This document shows, piece after piece, positions 1 to 12,724 of a stretch of DNA of 64,000 nt; position 1 is the stretch's first letter; each line of letters starts with the position of its first letter. Origin of the DNA: Podarcis tiliguerta (Eukaryota); assembly GCA_965153285.1 (NCBI GenBank), contig OZ229117.1; one strand, given 5' to 3'. Position numbers and translations under genes: made by a program. The notes beneath the pieces are model-generated. The model ran no database searches, had not been told where the DNA came from, and worked only from the letters and a program-made list of their open reading frames with translations.

Positions 1-541
1 TCCAAACATGCATTTGGGGACTTATTTATTCATCTTTTACCATATATTTGAATGGTGTTAGTGTTCTTGTTGTGACCCACCTTGAACAGGTCGGGACCCA
101 CTAATGGGTCACAATCCACTATTGGGTCCCAACCTGCCACTTGAAAAACAATGTGTTAGGAGTTGTTGTGCCAGCAAATGTCAGAGAGAGACTGGTCTGA
201 CATATACTAATGAATCCAGACATTTCCTTTACTAATCTTTACTGATTACTTATCTGCTGCATTCTCATCCTGAGTAGGCCCTTCCTCTGAAGGAGATGTC
301 TGGTTCTGAGGACTTCTTGCAGCCAGACAAGCACCCCTTTGCCAATTCTGTATCTCTCATATTGCCTGCCTTCAACTTAGTGTTTGGGGAGCTAGGAGTG
401 TATCCCACAGCATTATGGGAGCAACTCAAGTGTCTTAATGAATGCTTCAGGTGTACTAGGGCTCTCTGTGAGGTCCCAAGCCTCTCCCTTGGATGAAATT
501 CCCACAGGGTCCAAGACTGACAGCAATGGATTCAGCCACGC

Positions 542-873
542 TGTCACAGTCCAGTCTACGGGCAATTGAAGCCCTGGCTGAGGACGTTGGGACTGGGGGC
601 AAGATGGCGGGGTGGGAGCAGGAATGTGAGTCCAGAAGCCAGGGGTCCGGGGGTCAGGAAGCAAGAAGCCAAATGCAGCAAGGCAGGAAACATGTTGCTG
701 TGTCAAAGAGCCAAAGGTAAATGCTGACCTTATATCCCTTCCCGGCTCTTGCCACCAGGTGCAGTGAGTTACCTAGTGGCCTCACCTGTGCGGCCGCGCC
801 TTGCCTCTCCGGAACAAACTTATGAAGGCCCCAGTCATGTGAAGCCCTACTGGTCACGCACGCACTCCTGACA
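542..873 (-). mobile_element. Solo LTR (Gypsy/ERV-type)
   Basis: TGTCA...TGACA inverted termini (542-546, 869-873). Flanks CACGC / CACAC form a 5-bp TSD with one CpG-type mismatch. GC-rich body with a TATA-like GGATATAAG on the minus strand near 730. Confidence 0.7.
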
Positions 874-1727
874 CACACTTCCACTTTCTTTGCTGCTGAG
901 TAGTTTCTTACCATTCAGTTGAACAGCAGATGGTGGTGGAATTTCAAGGTTCAGAAGAAAGCGACTCAGCAACAGAGAAGAAGAGCTCAATGGATATCCT
1001 CACATTTAAAGTTAAAACAGGAAAATATGGTCCTCATTGCGTGGTGGTTTTGGTGAGGGCAATATTAAACCTCACTTGAATACTCTCAGAAGATGCCGTA
1101 ATATTTGGCAAATGTGATTGCCTTTAGTGATCATTCTCAAAAGAACAAAGTAAAATTTGCTGATGATAATAAAATTAGGATAATATAAAACACAAAGTAC
1201 ATGATGCAATCATTTTATACTGTTCAGTAAAAATAGCTTGAGCTCAAAGAAGGCTTTCCCAAAATCTTAAATCAAGTAGTCATCTCTTTTCATGCATGGC
1301 TAACCATACTGCCTGGATGGGATTCAAAAGTGACATAAGCTTGCAAACCTACCAGCTCTCTTAGTCTACCAGACACTGAATCATCAAAAAATCAATACCA
1401 CAAGGGGGTTTTCAACATCAAGTTAAAAGGAAACATCCAAGAAACTCAGTAAGGTCAATTCATCTGTCCAATAAATTAGGAAAACCTTGGGCCAAACCAA
1501 ACATAAAATCAGCAAAGAGAGAGAAGGAGATAAATTTAAACCATGTCATCCTCACCCTTATTGCACAAACATCAGAGGCTTAAAAGGATTCAGACTCCAT
1601 TTCCATAAAATTTAACGCATACAAATATATCTCAAACGCCAAGCAGCACAGTGACCATCTCCTAACTCAGTTTGGATTCAAAGAAAGATTATAATAGAAG
1701 GTTGTGATTTTCTTAGCAACCACTTGC

Positions 1728-1763
1728 CTCTTTCCTGCAAGAGTGGAGACGATCATTTCAAAT
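1728..1763 (-). CDS. Candidate 36-nt micro-exon (FEMIVSTLAGK) of an unidentified gene, GC-AG donor
   Basis: On the minus strand a long poly-T tract plus GCATTCTCAG forms the acceptor. The donor AG|GCAAGT fits the GC-AG consensus. The exon is phase 2-2, has an open frame, and is in frame with the 10523-10633 candidate. Confidence 0.3.
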
Positions 1764-2599
1764 CTGAGAATGCAAAAAAAAAAAAAAAAAAAAAAGTTTT
1801 GTTTTGTTTTTTACTTAATAAAACCAGCACTTCAAGAACTAGTATGTATATTACACACCCCTCACTGACCTTGATTGCATCCTCCTGTTTTTTGCCTGGC
1901 TGGAATGTATTCTTGAATTCTAATAATGTTTCATGTTTGCCTGGATGGAGGATAGAGACAGATATTTGGGTGTGAAATTCACCTTAATAGCTCTGGTCAC
2001 TTTTACCTCTGGCTCCACCCATCACTGGTATGTGGCCCCTGGAAGATTGCTCAGAAGTAAAGGTGGAGTTTGAGCTGGAAAAAGCTTCACTTCTACAACC
2101 TGAATGTTTTGTTTTACATGAGGCATGTTTTTTACATAAATCCTTATATTGATCCTGCAAAATTATGTTTAAAATCCCAGTGATTTAAAATGGCACACTT
2201 CCTCATTTATTTATTTATTTATTCCTCTTCCAGAACTACAAGCCCTCGCACATTTGAACCAGCTTAGCTCCTACAGTATCCTTGGAAACCTCGGAACCCT
2301 GACAGGTTCAATTATTAAGCTTTCTATGTTTAATAACTGACAATTGACTTATCGCATTCCACAAAAATCAATCTGTCATTTAGGAGCTTTAATTCAGTAG
2401 TTGAGGCTCAAGAAGGGCTTCTCGGATCTAAAAAGCTTTTGAAAAGTAAAGGCAATTGAAAATAGATCCTGGCAGAAAGAGGCCAACTTCTCACTGTGGC
2501 GATAAGCCTGAGCTATACTATTTCAGGTTCAAGTGTGCAATCACAATGACCAAAAACAAACTTTATCTGAGGGAAATTGGAAGCTGCCTTATAATAAGT

Positions 2600-2995
2600 C
2601 AGATCATTATAAGTTATCACAGCTAAATAATCCTCAACAGGTGGTCATCTAGCCTCAGTTTAAAAACCTCAAAAAGTCCACCACCTTCCAAGATAGTCCA
2701 GCTCTTACCATTAGAAAGTTTCTCCTAATGTCTAGTTAGAAGCTCATTTCTTGTAATTTGAATACATTGGTATGGGCCCCACTGTCTGGAGCAGCAGAAA
2801 ATGAACTTGCTTCATCTTCCATGTTGCAGCCTTTCAGATAGTTGAAGATGGGTATTATATCACTTCTCAGTCTTTTCTTTCCTTGGCTAAACATGCTCAA
2901 CTCCTTCAACCTTTCCTTGTACGTCTTGGTTTCCAGTCCCTTTATCATTTTAATCATCCTCCACTGCACCCATTCCAGCTTGTCAATATCCTTCT
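2600..2995 (-). mobile_element. CR1 LINE 3' fragment (ORF2 C-terminus)
   Basis: ORF 2736-2969 reads MIKGLETKTYKERLKELSMFSQGKKRLRSDII.IFNYLKG, typical of the CR1 ORF2 C-terminus. Confidence 0.85.
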
Positions 2996-3253
2996 ATTGA
3001 TTTAAACCTGGTTTGTTCTGTGTGCAAAGCAGAAGCTCTACAGCTGAGCCCCCCCTGAAACTAGCAGAATATGTCTCTTGCCTAGGACCCTTCATCCTGA
3101 CATTGTGTAAATAAGGGATAGGTGAATTTGTCTGTTTTGTTTTCTCTCATTTTCCTAAATAAATAAATAAAAATAATAATCTTAGCCTGTTCTTTTTACT
3201 CCCTAATTCTGCTTCCTAACCCCACAATCCTGCGTAAGTCTACTGATAAATTA

Positions 3254-3882
3254 GACCTCATCCATACAACACAACACAACACAATACAACACAATACAAT
3301 AAACACTTTAAAAGTCTAGACTTGCCACATACACACTCCCCAAAAATATCCTGGGAATTGTAGTTTGCTTAGCATGCTGAGGGTTGTTAGGAAACCCCTA
3401 GTCCCCTCACAAAGCTATTCTAGTAGTCAAACTATCAATCTATGTGAGGCGAATAAGGGCCTTTTAATCACTCTTGGCATCCTTACAGTTCCCAAGATAT
3501 TTGGAGGAAGCCATGACTGTTAAAGTGGTGTAATAGCACTTTAAATGTATGGCAGAGCTAAACTATGGAACTTGCTCCCAGAGGAGGCAGTGATGGTCAC
3601 TAACTTGGATGGATTAAAAAGATTATTCAACAAATTCGTAGAGGAGAGGGCCACCAGTGGCTTCTGGCTATGATGGTTAGTAGCCATCACTTGGAGGCAG
3701 CAATGCCTCTGAATACCATTTGCTGAAACCACATGAGGGAAGGGTGCCCTTGCACTTGAATTCTGCTTGATGCTTTCCCACATGCATCTGATCAGTCACT
3801 GTGAGAACAGGATGCTGGACCAGATAAGCAATTGACCTAATCTAGCAAGGTCTTCTTATGTTCTTATGCTGCAGATGGGGCC
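3254..3882. mobile_element. Palindromic non-autonomous DNA element interrupted by a CR1-type 3' end (about 3553-3868)
   Basis: Internal inverted repeat CTGGGAATTGTAG / TTACAGTTCCCAAG and right end TGCAGATGGGGCC. The insert has the CR1 3' motif GGATTAAAAAGATTATTCAACAAATTCGTAGAGG and a (TTCTTATG)2 tail. An (ACAAC/ACAAT)n microsatellite lies at 3266-3300. Confidence 0.55.
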
Positions 3883-4852
3883 TACACTTCAAAGAGTTCA
3901 GTAGGGCATACACCGAGGAAAAGGCACATATCCTATTTGTTGGGCATCTTCAGAGGTGTCTAATATGTTTGCAAGAAGACAAATACTAGTTGCAAAAGTC
4001 TTCAAACTTTAAAACATGAATGGTTAATTATTAAAGCAGGCACAGCTATTTTATTTATGCTGAGGACTTATTTTTTTGGAACCACAACTAGTAATCAATA
4101 AAAATAACACCTTGTCTCAAAATAAAAGTAACATATGGGCAGTTGTATGAGACAGCTATGATGAGGTGCCGTGTTTTCTTTCTTTCTTTCTTTTTTAAAT
4201 GAGACCAGTGATGAAAGGATATGCAAAGAATGTCAGTTTTCCATTTTAAGAAGTTGATTTGTATTGCACAGTGCCTCGTGAATAAAATATCTATTTCACA
4301 AATTCTGTGGATTTCAATTGGACTGAGCTATTTCTGTCTAAGTAATCCACCTGAACTAGTCTGAGGACTGGATGATATATCTTGGGAAGTACAAGCAGGA
4401 ATACTCAAAAGTAGGACCATGCAATTTTACTATAATAGTGTATTGTTTTGTTTCCCCCTGATTTTTAGAAAGAGAAGGTATTCATTTTTAGTGATGCTAC
4501 TGCCAAAGATTACAAACAATGGTTTTGTAAAGCAAATCTCCACAGTTCGCAGTATTCAACATTCTCACCTTGACACTCCTGCCCTATTCATCATCCTCAT
4601 GAGATGTGAGCTGATACCATGTTTTCACACCTGTGAGGGCAGCATTAATCAGACCCATCTGGCATGGCCAGTTAGGGTGTCAGATGAAGAAGAAGGCAGT
4701 GCTTTCCAACCAGAAAGGAGTGGCTGATGAAGATGATGGACTATGTCAAAATGCTAAATTGACTGGGAAAATCAGAGACCAGGAAGAGCAGAAATTCAAG
4801 AAGGAATGGAATAAAATATAATGTATTTAAGGGAACACTGTAAACAAATAAA

Positions 4853-5189
4853 GAGGACACGGGTGGCACTGTAGGTTAAACCACAGAGCCTAGGACTTGC
4901 CGATCAGAAGGTCGGCGGTTTGAATCCCCGCGACGGGGTGAGCTCCCGTTGCTTGGTCCCTGCTCCTGCCAACCTAGCAGTTCGAAAGCACATCAAAGTG
5001 CAAGTAGATGAATAGGTACCTCTCCGGCGGGAAGGTAAACGGCGTTTCCGTGCCCTGCTCTGGTTCGCCAGAAGCGGCTTAGTCATGCTGGCCACATGAC
5101 CCGGAAGCTGTACGCCAGCTCCCTCAGCCAGTAAAGCGAGATGAGTCAGTCACGACTGGACCTAATGGTCAGGGGTCCCTTTACCTTTA
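4853..5189 (+). mobile_element. Sauria SINE (Squam1), near full length
   Basis: tRNA-like head with B-box GGTTTGAATCCC, Sauria core (CCTGCCAACCTAGCAGTTCGAAAGCAC) and (ACCTTT)n tail. 12-bp TSD TAAACAAATAAA / TAAACAGATAAA. Confidence 0.95.
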
Positions 5190-6193
5190 TAAACAGATAA
5201 AACTTTGGCAGGAGTAGAGTAGCACTTGCAATGGGCAAAATACAATGGAAAAAAGGTAAATAATATTTCTAACAAATCAGAGACAATAGGATAAGCTGAA
5301 GGAAAAGGGATTGATAATGGAAACCAGGGTGAAGGAAAATCAAGGGATTCCGAGAATCCTAAATGTGAAGGTGAATGATATGTTTAAATTGAAATTTGTT
5401 ATGAAAAAGTTAATAAAAAATATTTATAACCAAAGAAAGAAAAAGAAGGCAGTGCTCTGGAGCTTTAAGATTTATTTAATTTTCAAACATTTATACCCTT
5501 TTTTGCCTTCCATCATGGAATCCTAAGCGACATCCACGTGGTTCCCATGTGTTCACTAATCCAAGTACTGACAAGACTCAGACTTGTTCAGCTTCAAAGG
5601 AGGGTGGCCTCAAGTGCTTTCAGACCACATGCAGTGGTGACACCGGGAGGGGGGGGGAAATCTGTGGGAGGCACAGAAGAGGAAAAGTGTAGGGAGAAGG
5701 TGAGCAAGTTGTTCTTGGGGGGCAGCATATATTAATGACAGGAGTCCAACAATTGGAGGGGGTTAAGTGTGGGGGTAAGTTCCATGTTTGGGTTGTGCTT
5801 GCCCCTTGCCCCTCGCCCCTCCTCTGCCGTTGCTCATGATGATATCCTTGGATCAGAAAAGGTATTTTAGCAGCTGTAGCCTGCTGAAATTTCGTAATCT
5901 ACACAACTATTTACACTTCCAGAGCCCTCTCAATTTTTTCCACCTTGCCACCCAAAGGGCAGTAGCTACTGTTAGTCCATTCTCAAAACATTGTCCGTTA
6001 TTCCTCACTAGGTCTTTATGAGAAACATTCCCTCCTTCCCAATAGCTGCATTATAGTTTAGTCTTAGACCACATCTAAACCTTACATTTTAAGCACTGTT
6101 ATCTCACTTTCACAGACATGGCTTTCTGCAAATGATCCCGTGAACTGCCTTGAATGTGCCCTTGAATTGTAATAATGTCTCTGGCTTGATCCC

Positions 6194-6195
<2 letters not shown>

Positions 6196-6224
<29 letters not shown>
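6196..6224. repeat. (TG)n microsatellite
   Basis: Direct inspection. Confidence 0.95.
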
Positions 6225-6226
<2 letters not shown>

Positions 6227-6800
6227 CATGGCTAGAATGTAGACTATTGTACATGGGAAGGAGTTACACCTGTTGTCCCAACCACTTTTGCCTCTAATTC
6301 TACCCACTACTGGTAATGTGCCCCCCAGAGGACTGCAATGAGGGAATGTGATCCTCAGCTTAAAAATGTTTTCCTACACCTGATATAGGTATTTTCTTCT
6401 GACACAGCAGAGCTACTCTTCTTGTGAACCTGGGAACGTTTGCATGCAATGCAGAGCGAACATGTGTAGCATGTCAAAGGCCGAGTTATCTGTATTGCAC
6501 ACAATGCATGAAAGGAAGTCATTAATCATGCCTAATTTATTTTGTGGACCACAACACAAATATTAAGCATGCACTTCAGTTGCCCTTAAGTAGTAGTGAA
6601 TATTTAACGAGAAAGTTGCTAGTTACTAGATCCTCATGTTTTCTAGTCCAAAGGGAAACAAGTCAAAAAGTCATTCTTTTAAAAACATACTATATGAATA
6701 TTTGTTTGTGTGCTTGTTTGTTTATTATTTTGCAGGTGTAAGATTATTTGTCTTAAATTAGAATTAACTTGTGCACAAAAGACCTCTAATCAACGCTGTA

Positions 6801-6817
6801 GTCACTAGAGGTCACTG
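6801..6817 (+). promoter_or_regulatory. Candidate CTCF site
   Basis: GTCACTAGAGGTCACTG resembles the CTCF core CCACTAGRGGGCRC and sits in unique sequence. Motif match only. Confidence 0.35.
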
Positions 6818-6897
6818 TTACAGCTGATAGAATTCTGAAAGTTTCCTCTTTCTGTTATTTCTTCAGTTTCATCTGATTTAATTTTAAAACTTTTATC

Positions 6898-6898
<1 letters not shown>

Positions 6899-6932
<34 letters not shown>
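6899..6932. repeat. (TA)n microsatellite
   Basis: Direct inspection. Confidence 0.95.
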
Positions 6933-6936
<4 letters not shown>

Positions 6937-7028
6937 AGCATGCAACTAACTGAAAACAAATCTTAGTTTAAAGCTTGTGTCTAGGGAAACATGTGCATTT
7001 TTCTGTTTATGCCACTCGAAAACTTCAC

Positions 7029-7248
7029 CTGAAAGAAATATGAATGGCTCAGGAGGAAGACAGAATATAAAGATGAGTTGCATTCCCGAGTCCCAGTAGG
7101 ATGTGCTTGGCTGAGAATTTTCATTCAGTCCCTTCAAACTATGAATCAGGTGGAGTCTTTGATTCTTGAAATAATCAGACACTGTCTCATCAGGATTCTT
7201 CACCTCAAACTGAAGCTGCAGGCACTTGAAAAAGAAGAGAAAACCCGA
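7029..7248 (-). other. Candidate exon (alternative terminal or non-coding)
   Basis: Strong pyrimidine tract plus TTTCAG acceptor at 7249, with a possible donor CAG|GTGAAG at 7028. If joined in phase 2 to the 10.5-kb exon it reads GRVFSSFSSACSFSLR-stop (stop 7200-7202). A minus-strand AATAAA lies at 6721-6726. Confidence 0.25.
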
Positions 7249-7709
7249 CTGAAACAGCAAACAGGAGAGAGAGAGAAATAACACATTTAACTGTTGTTTG
7301 CAGTAAGTCTTTGCTCAGTAGTTGGTGTCATTCCAACAATAGGATTTATGATCTGAAATATAATGGGCTGACTACATTTGCACATATTAATAGTTGAGAA
7401 GCATTGAGAATCAGCAGCAACCAAGGCAGCGGTTTTTTATGTTTTTGTATGTGTTGGTCATCCCATCTTAGTAATATGAATGAATATTCATCCATTCACT
7501 TTAATCTGACATGCAATTTAGAAATGCAGATGTAAGGATCTGGTCCAGATTTTTATTTATTTATTTGAGATGGAGGAAGACAAACTTAAAGGGTAAATCT
7601 TTCTTCTCTTTCTCCTCCTTCTCTACGTAATGCTATTGTAGTCCACTCTCTTAGGGAACGGATGAGTGAAATGTGTGTTGTAACAATGGCACATAAAATA
7701 ACCTAGCAG

Positions 7710-8563
7710 TGAGGATGGTCCAATCTGACAATTCTGGTTTCTCTCAGTTTCTCATTTTCCCCCATTGCTAACTTACGTTCTCCACATTTACACCCATACA
7801 CACACTTAAATGTCTTCATGAAAGTTCATCAGCCTTTTACTGTGAATTTCCCCTAGTACACAAATTGTATGTAATCTTGACTGACATACATATTTTTGCA
7901 AAACAACTTTCCCTATTAAAATGTGTTTTATTAAAGTATTTTTTTAAAATACGTTTTGTGTTATTTCACTATATATACCTTTGATCATCGAAGAATTGAT
8001 GCTTTTGAATTATGGTGCTGGAGGACAGTCTTGAGACTGGACTTCATGGACTGCAAGAAGATCAAACCTATTAATTCTTAAGGAAATCAGCCCTGCGTGC
8101 TCGCTGGAAGGACAGATATTGAAGCTGAGGCTCCAATACTTTGGCCACCTCATGAGAAGAGAAGACTCCCTAGAAAAGACCCCGATGTTGGGAAAGATGG
8201 AGGGCACAAGGAGAAGGGGACGACAGAGGACGAGATGGTTGGATAGTGTTCTCGAAGCTACCAGCATGAGTTTGACCAAACTGCGGGAGGCAGTGGAAGA
8301 CAGGAGTGCCTGGCGTGCTCCGGTCCATGGGGTCATGAAGAGTCGGACATGACTAAACGACTAAACAACAACAACATGCACCCTTTGCCCTAGTATATAC
8401 ATTTCTGTATGCATCACATGGCTAGAGAACTGCATTGCAAAATTCAGAGAAGGACAGAGTTCAATAGATGTGCTGTGTTTCTGTTCGCTTATTATTTTGG
8501 AAAGTGCAAATTACACAGGTTCATCTTTAAATGTGAACTGAATCCAATTTATGCCCCATCCAT
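7710..8563. mobile_element. hAT-Ac-like MITE (TAGGGATG-type TIR) interrupted by BovB
   Basis: Same family as 16304-16757, 31370-32205 and 42689-43113, sharing GGAGAACTGCATTGCAAAATTC and TTTAAATGTGAACTGAATC. Degenerate GGATG / CATCC ends. Confidence 0.65.
7982..8375 (+). mobile_element. BovB (RTE) LINE, 5'-truncated 3' end
   Basis: Encodes KLRLQYFGHLMRREDSLEK..LGKMEGTRRRGRQRTRWLDSV..WRA.VHGV.KSRT, the BovB ORF C-terminus, followed by a (CAA)n tail. Confidence 0.95.
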
Positions 8564-9509
8564 ACATGTCAGTGAAAAGAGGTGAAGCATTCATCTCAAC
8601 CAGAATTATTTCTCACCACTGGGTTTACATTACATTACAGAATTAAAAAAACAACAACCCTTTAAACAGTATTGGAACAATGCCCTTTATTCACATTGAT
8701 GGTTATTTCTTCTTTAAAGAATGCAGGAAGCTGCTTTTAAGGTTCCTTTAAAGTAGGTGTAAGGGAACATTTCTCCTTCATCAAGAGCTGCATTCCCTTG
8801 AGAGTAATCTGTCATGATGGAAGTGGACAGAGGCTAGAGACAGTGTTGGGTGGGAGTCAATACAATAGTGGGTGGGACAGCTCTTTCCCCCCCTCTTTCT
8901 GCCAATACCTAGTCTTCCATCCCCCCCTTTCCTTTTAACGTAGATGAAATTAGGCCATGGGCCACATGCAATCTTTAGATTGCAGGTTCCTGCTTTAAAG
9001 AATGAAGGCCCATTAATAAAAACATGGGGAAAGAACAAATAAGATTCCAGATCAATCACTCAAAAGCCTGTGCATCTTCAATGAGTTATGCATATTAACA
9101 CAGACATGCAGTCGTACATCAGTGCATAAATGATGGCCTATCTCTCCATGCAAATATCCAGTAGCAGTTTGCATGAAAACCTGCTCCTCTACGTGCATCT
9201 TTCGTCACGTAAACAAAATAAATGTGATATTTCAGGAATAGACATCAGATGTGGCAGGAATGTTGATGTTCCAAGGCCAGCTGTGCCAGACACGTCTAGA
9301 TCTCCTGTCTAAAGCCAGCTGTCATGAAAAGATGTCCCTAGACTACAGTTGGCTTCTCACTGTGCTACCAGCATTTAAAAAGGACTATAAAACCAGCTAT
9401 GTCATTCAGTAATCAGTTATGGTCACTGTTATTGGCAATTCATGTTAGATGCTACAAATCAGAGTCAATCTTTGTATTACTCCTTTAGCCAATTTTTGAC
9501 CTAGGACAA

Positions 9510-9865
9510 CAGTGGGAGACTTTTTCAGCCTGAGAGTCACATTCCCTTCTGGCCAGCCTTCAACGAGCCATTTGCCAGTAATGGGCGTGACCAGAAGCTA
9601 ACAAGGGTGGAGCAGCAAATGCAAATTTTAACTTTCTACAGTTGGCTAGTTTCTACACACACTCACACACCCCTCTCTATCCTACATCTAAGGAAACAAG
9701 AGGCATTATCAGAATTCAAGGGAATGTTCCAGTCAGGCAAAAATGCTCAGGAAGGGTGTAAAGTAGGGTTGGTGAAGGCTGTGCCTGGGGAGATTACAAA
9801 GGGCCAGGTAGAGAGGACTAGAGGGCAATGTTTAGCCTCCTGGGCCCAAGGATCACCACCCCAGA
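9510..9865 (+). mobile_element. hAT-type MITE (near full length; fragments also at about 1990-2103, 6280-6383, 23025-23104 and 59560-59900)
   Basis: Shared block TTTCAGCCTGAG.G.CACATTCCCTTCTGG.CA.CCTTC...GCCA..TGCCAGT recurs in both orientations across the window. Confidence 0.55.
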
Positions 9866-10522
9866 TACCAAAATGGGCTTTAAATATATGAAGAATTCTG
9901 TACCCTCAGTTTGTTATATTAAAATTCAGTCCAACCATAAAAGCATGCTTATCTGTGGAAATTAGCTTCCACCCACCCCCCATCCCCGGTTGGGCATGCA
10001 TCCACACAGTTTAGATTCAGTGGGAGTTCAATCCTGCTCAAAAAGACAAAATACAGTATATATTGTAAGTAGTCTGCAACAGATAAAAATGCCTAAATAA
10101 ATATTTAACATTCCATCACAGAAAGAAAACAAAATGGAACAAAATAGAAAGGGCTGAGAATTTGACAACTACATACTGATATGGACATGGATAACTTCAT
10201 AAATTCATTTCTCATTTGTTGTCATTCCTTAAGTATACATTCAGAGCATTGGGCTAATAAAATCCAGAATAGAAAGATCAATTTGTGCAATAATCACCAA
10301 TTGTTTCATGAATAATCCCTTCATCTAGAATTCTGAAGGTTTGCACATAGGTGATGGCTATTTAAAGTTATGTGTTGCTCTTATATTTGCATGGATCATT
10401 TTATCATAGTTTTAAAACACTTAAGAAACAGAAGAAGCCCTTTAATTCCTTGTTAATCAGACATTTGTGTTGACGCTTTACCACAGGAGCTCCTGACAAA
10501 TGGATTTTGAAAGAGACCTTAC

Positions 10523-10633
10523 CCCCAACGGATACGATCTTGCAGTTTTTCAGAAGCTGTTTCTAATGGCTTCAGGGACTCTTCCTCACTTGCCTCTCTC
10601 TTTATGGTGCTCTTGAACTCTGACAACAAAGTC
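10523..10633 (-). CDS. Candidate internal coding exon (TLLSEFKSTIKREASEEESLKPLETASEKLQDRIRW) of an unidentified gene
   Basis: Acceptor CTTTGTAG| and donor GG|GTAAGG. 111 nt, symmetric phase 2-2, only one open frame, protein-like E/K/S-rich composition, non-repeat context. Protein family not recognised. Confidence 0.45.
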
Positions 10634-11284
10634 CTACAAAGCCAATAGATTGTCCTTAGAACAGATTTTGGAATTTAAAAGGAAATCTCTTAGAAAATAA
10701 TTTCCATTTTTTAACAATATCATTCACGTAGCTGGAGCCCCAAATATCCATACCCTTCCTTTTTATCTTTTTTCTCTCCTTTCCCCAGTGTTCATAGAAT
10801 GGGAATGGGAATTACTACTGTTAGAGTGAGAACTCAACCAACAGGGTCAGTAGTATTTTCAGACTTTCAAGTAAACTGAATGACCTGACAGGGTACAATT
10901 AAAAGCCATTGTTCCCTCTAGGATGAGTAGCTTGTGTTACATCTTGATTTTTAAGTTAGCAAAGTAGGAGGAAATGTGACTTCATGATAGCAGATATTTA
11001 GGTTACCATATACACGACTGGGCTTCATAAAAATGAGTCTCATGGTCCCTTTCCTTCTGCACATAAGTACTATTGATTAATTTGAGCAAAACAGGTTTGA
11101 GAGCTTTGGATTTGGGGGATGTAGCAGTGGCTTTCAACCTGGGGATGGATAGGTGTCTGAAAACCTACCTGGCTTGCCACTCTTTGTTACAAATCATGTG
11201 CCATGAACTTAGACAAGTCATTACCAATCATCCTTATCAGCCTTGTAAACTTAATGCAGCTATGGTTATTGGGTTACCATTTTT

Positions 11285-11705
11285 CATTTCATTTCATTTT
11301 TATTTGTTTATTAAATTCCAATCCCACTCTTCATCTGAGTATCACAGGGCAGTTTACAATATAAAAACACAAAAAAACTTACCTCAGTAACATACAAAAA
11401 CAATACCCCCCCCCCACATATACACACAGTTTAAATGGCCATAGATTGTTTACTTAGCCAAATGCATGAGAGAAGAGGGATGGTTTTGCCTGCTGCCTAA
11501 ACATATGTAACAAAGATGCCGGACAAGCCTCCTTGGGGAGAGCATTTCACAAATGGTTAGCCCTGCAGAAAAGGCCCATTCTTGTGCTGTTGCCCTCCAG
11601 GCCTCTCATGTAGGGGGCACACAAAGAAGGGTCTCAGATGATAATTGCAGGGTCTGGGTTGGTTAAAATGGGAAGAGGATATCCTTGAGGTATTGTGGTC
11701 CAGTC
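11285..11705 (-). mobile_element. L2-type LINE 3' fragment
   Basis: Reverse complement has the decayed RAFS...LWN.LP-coding 3' region (GGGGAGAGCATTTCAC...GAAAAGGCC on +) and an L2-like 3' tail. Confidence 0.6.
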
Positions 11706-11859
11706 CTTTGTTAGGCCTAGTATACAAGTTAATATAGCCAAATATAGTGGTTTGCTATTTCATCAAATCAAGGCCAATGACTATTAAATGGTCTCTTGAG
11801 AGCTGGGGATTTCTGAGTTTTCTCATGAGAGGAAAAACCCACCAGCTGATAGGATAGGA

Positions 11860-11908
<49 letters not shown>
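11860..11908. repeat. (GT)n(GA)n compound microsatellite
   Basis: Direct inspection. Confidence 0.95.
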
Positions 11909-11914
<6 letters not shown>

Positions 11915-12724
11915 CATGTATGTGTTTCTAGCTATTATCTGAAATGATGTGTGGGGAAAGAGTCTGGCAGTCTGCCTGAATTTGCCACGTAGGAGGGACT
12001 TGTTTTGCTTTCACTTATGCTCTGCTTGCATGTTTGGTAAACAAAGCAAGCATTGCTAAGATCTTGTAAAGTCTCCAGTGCTCTCTTGTCTAAAGGAAGT
12101 GAAACAAAGCACCATGGCCCCTGGACTCCTGTTGTTTGGGAGAGCATAGAATACATAATCATCAGGGCTGCGTAATGATTGCTGAAATGATGTGTGTAAA
12201 CTGTGAGTAATTAAAAGTGCTTCATTAATCCTAAGTAGTATTAGTATTTGGGGGGAAACACAAACACACACATAGGCCCTGTTCAGAAATAGACACTGGG
12301 GGTGGGGTGTGCACTAGTTTTTTCCCTCAATTTCTGTTGACCTCGCTATTCAAAGGTGCGGTGAGGAAAAATCCTTTGCTTTCAGAGTCTCCTGTGCATG
12401 TTGGAATACTGGTTTTCCTGAATTACAAAATGTGCCAGAGTTTTCCCAAATACAGGAGGCTCCTCGGCTGTAGTCAGTTGCCCTGAATTGCTATAGCATG
12501 GAACTCTATCCCACTACATATCAGGTCAACACCACCTCTGCTGTCTTTTCAGCACCTGTTGAAGAGCTTCCTTTTTCAACAGGAGATTTTAAGTGGAGAT
12601 TTTTATCCCAGTCTTCATCTATACTGGATTTGAAATTGTGTATGTGTGTGCGCGTGCACATGCTTTAGATATAGATTTATTGTTGATGATGATAATTAAT
12701 TTTTATTAAAGAAAAAAAAAGAAA

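Noticed and set aside
912-1010. Minus-strand donor ATG|GTAAGA with an open frame upstream
   Set aside because: Only GAG-type acceptors are available, so no exon can be supported.
4855-4935. tRNA-like A/B boxes
   Set aside because: This is a SINE head, not a tRNA gene. No cloverleaf forms.
8010-8352. Near-duplicate ORFs at about 8.0-8.35 kb and 52.0-52.4 kb suggesting paralogous genes
   Set aside because: Both are truncated BovB 3' ends and their antisense frames.
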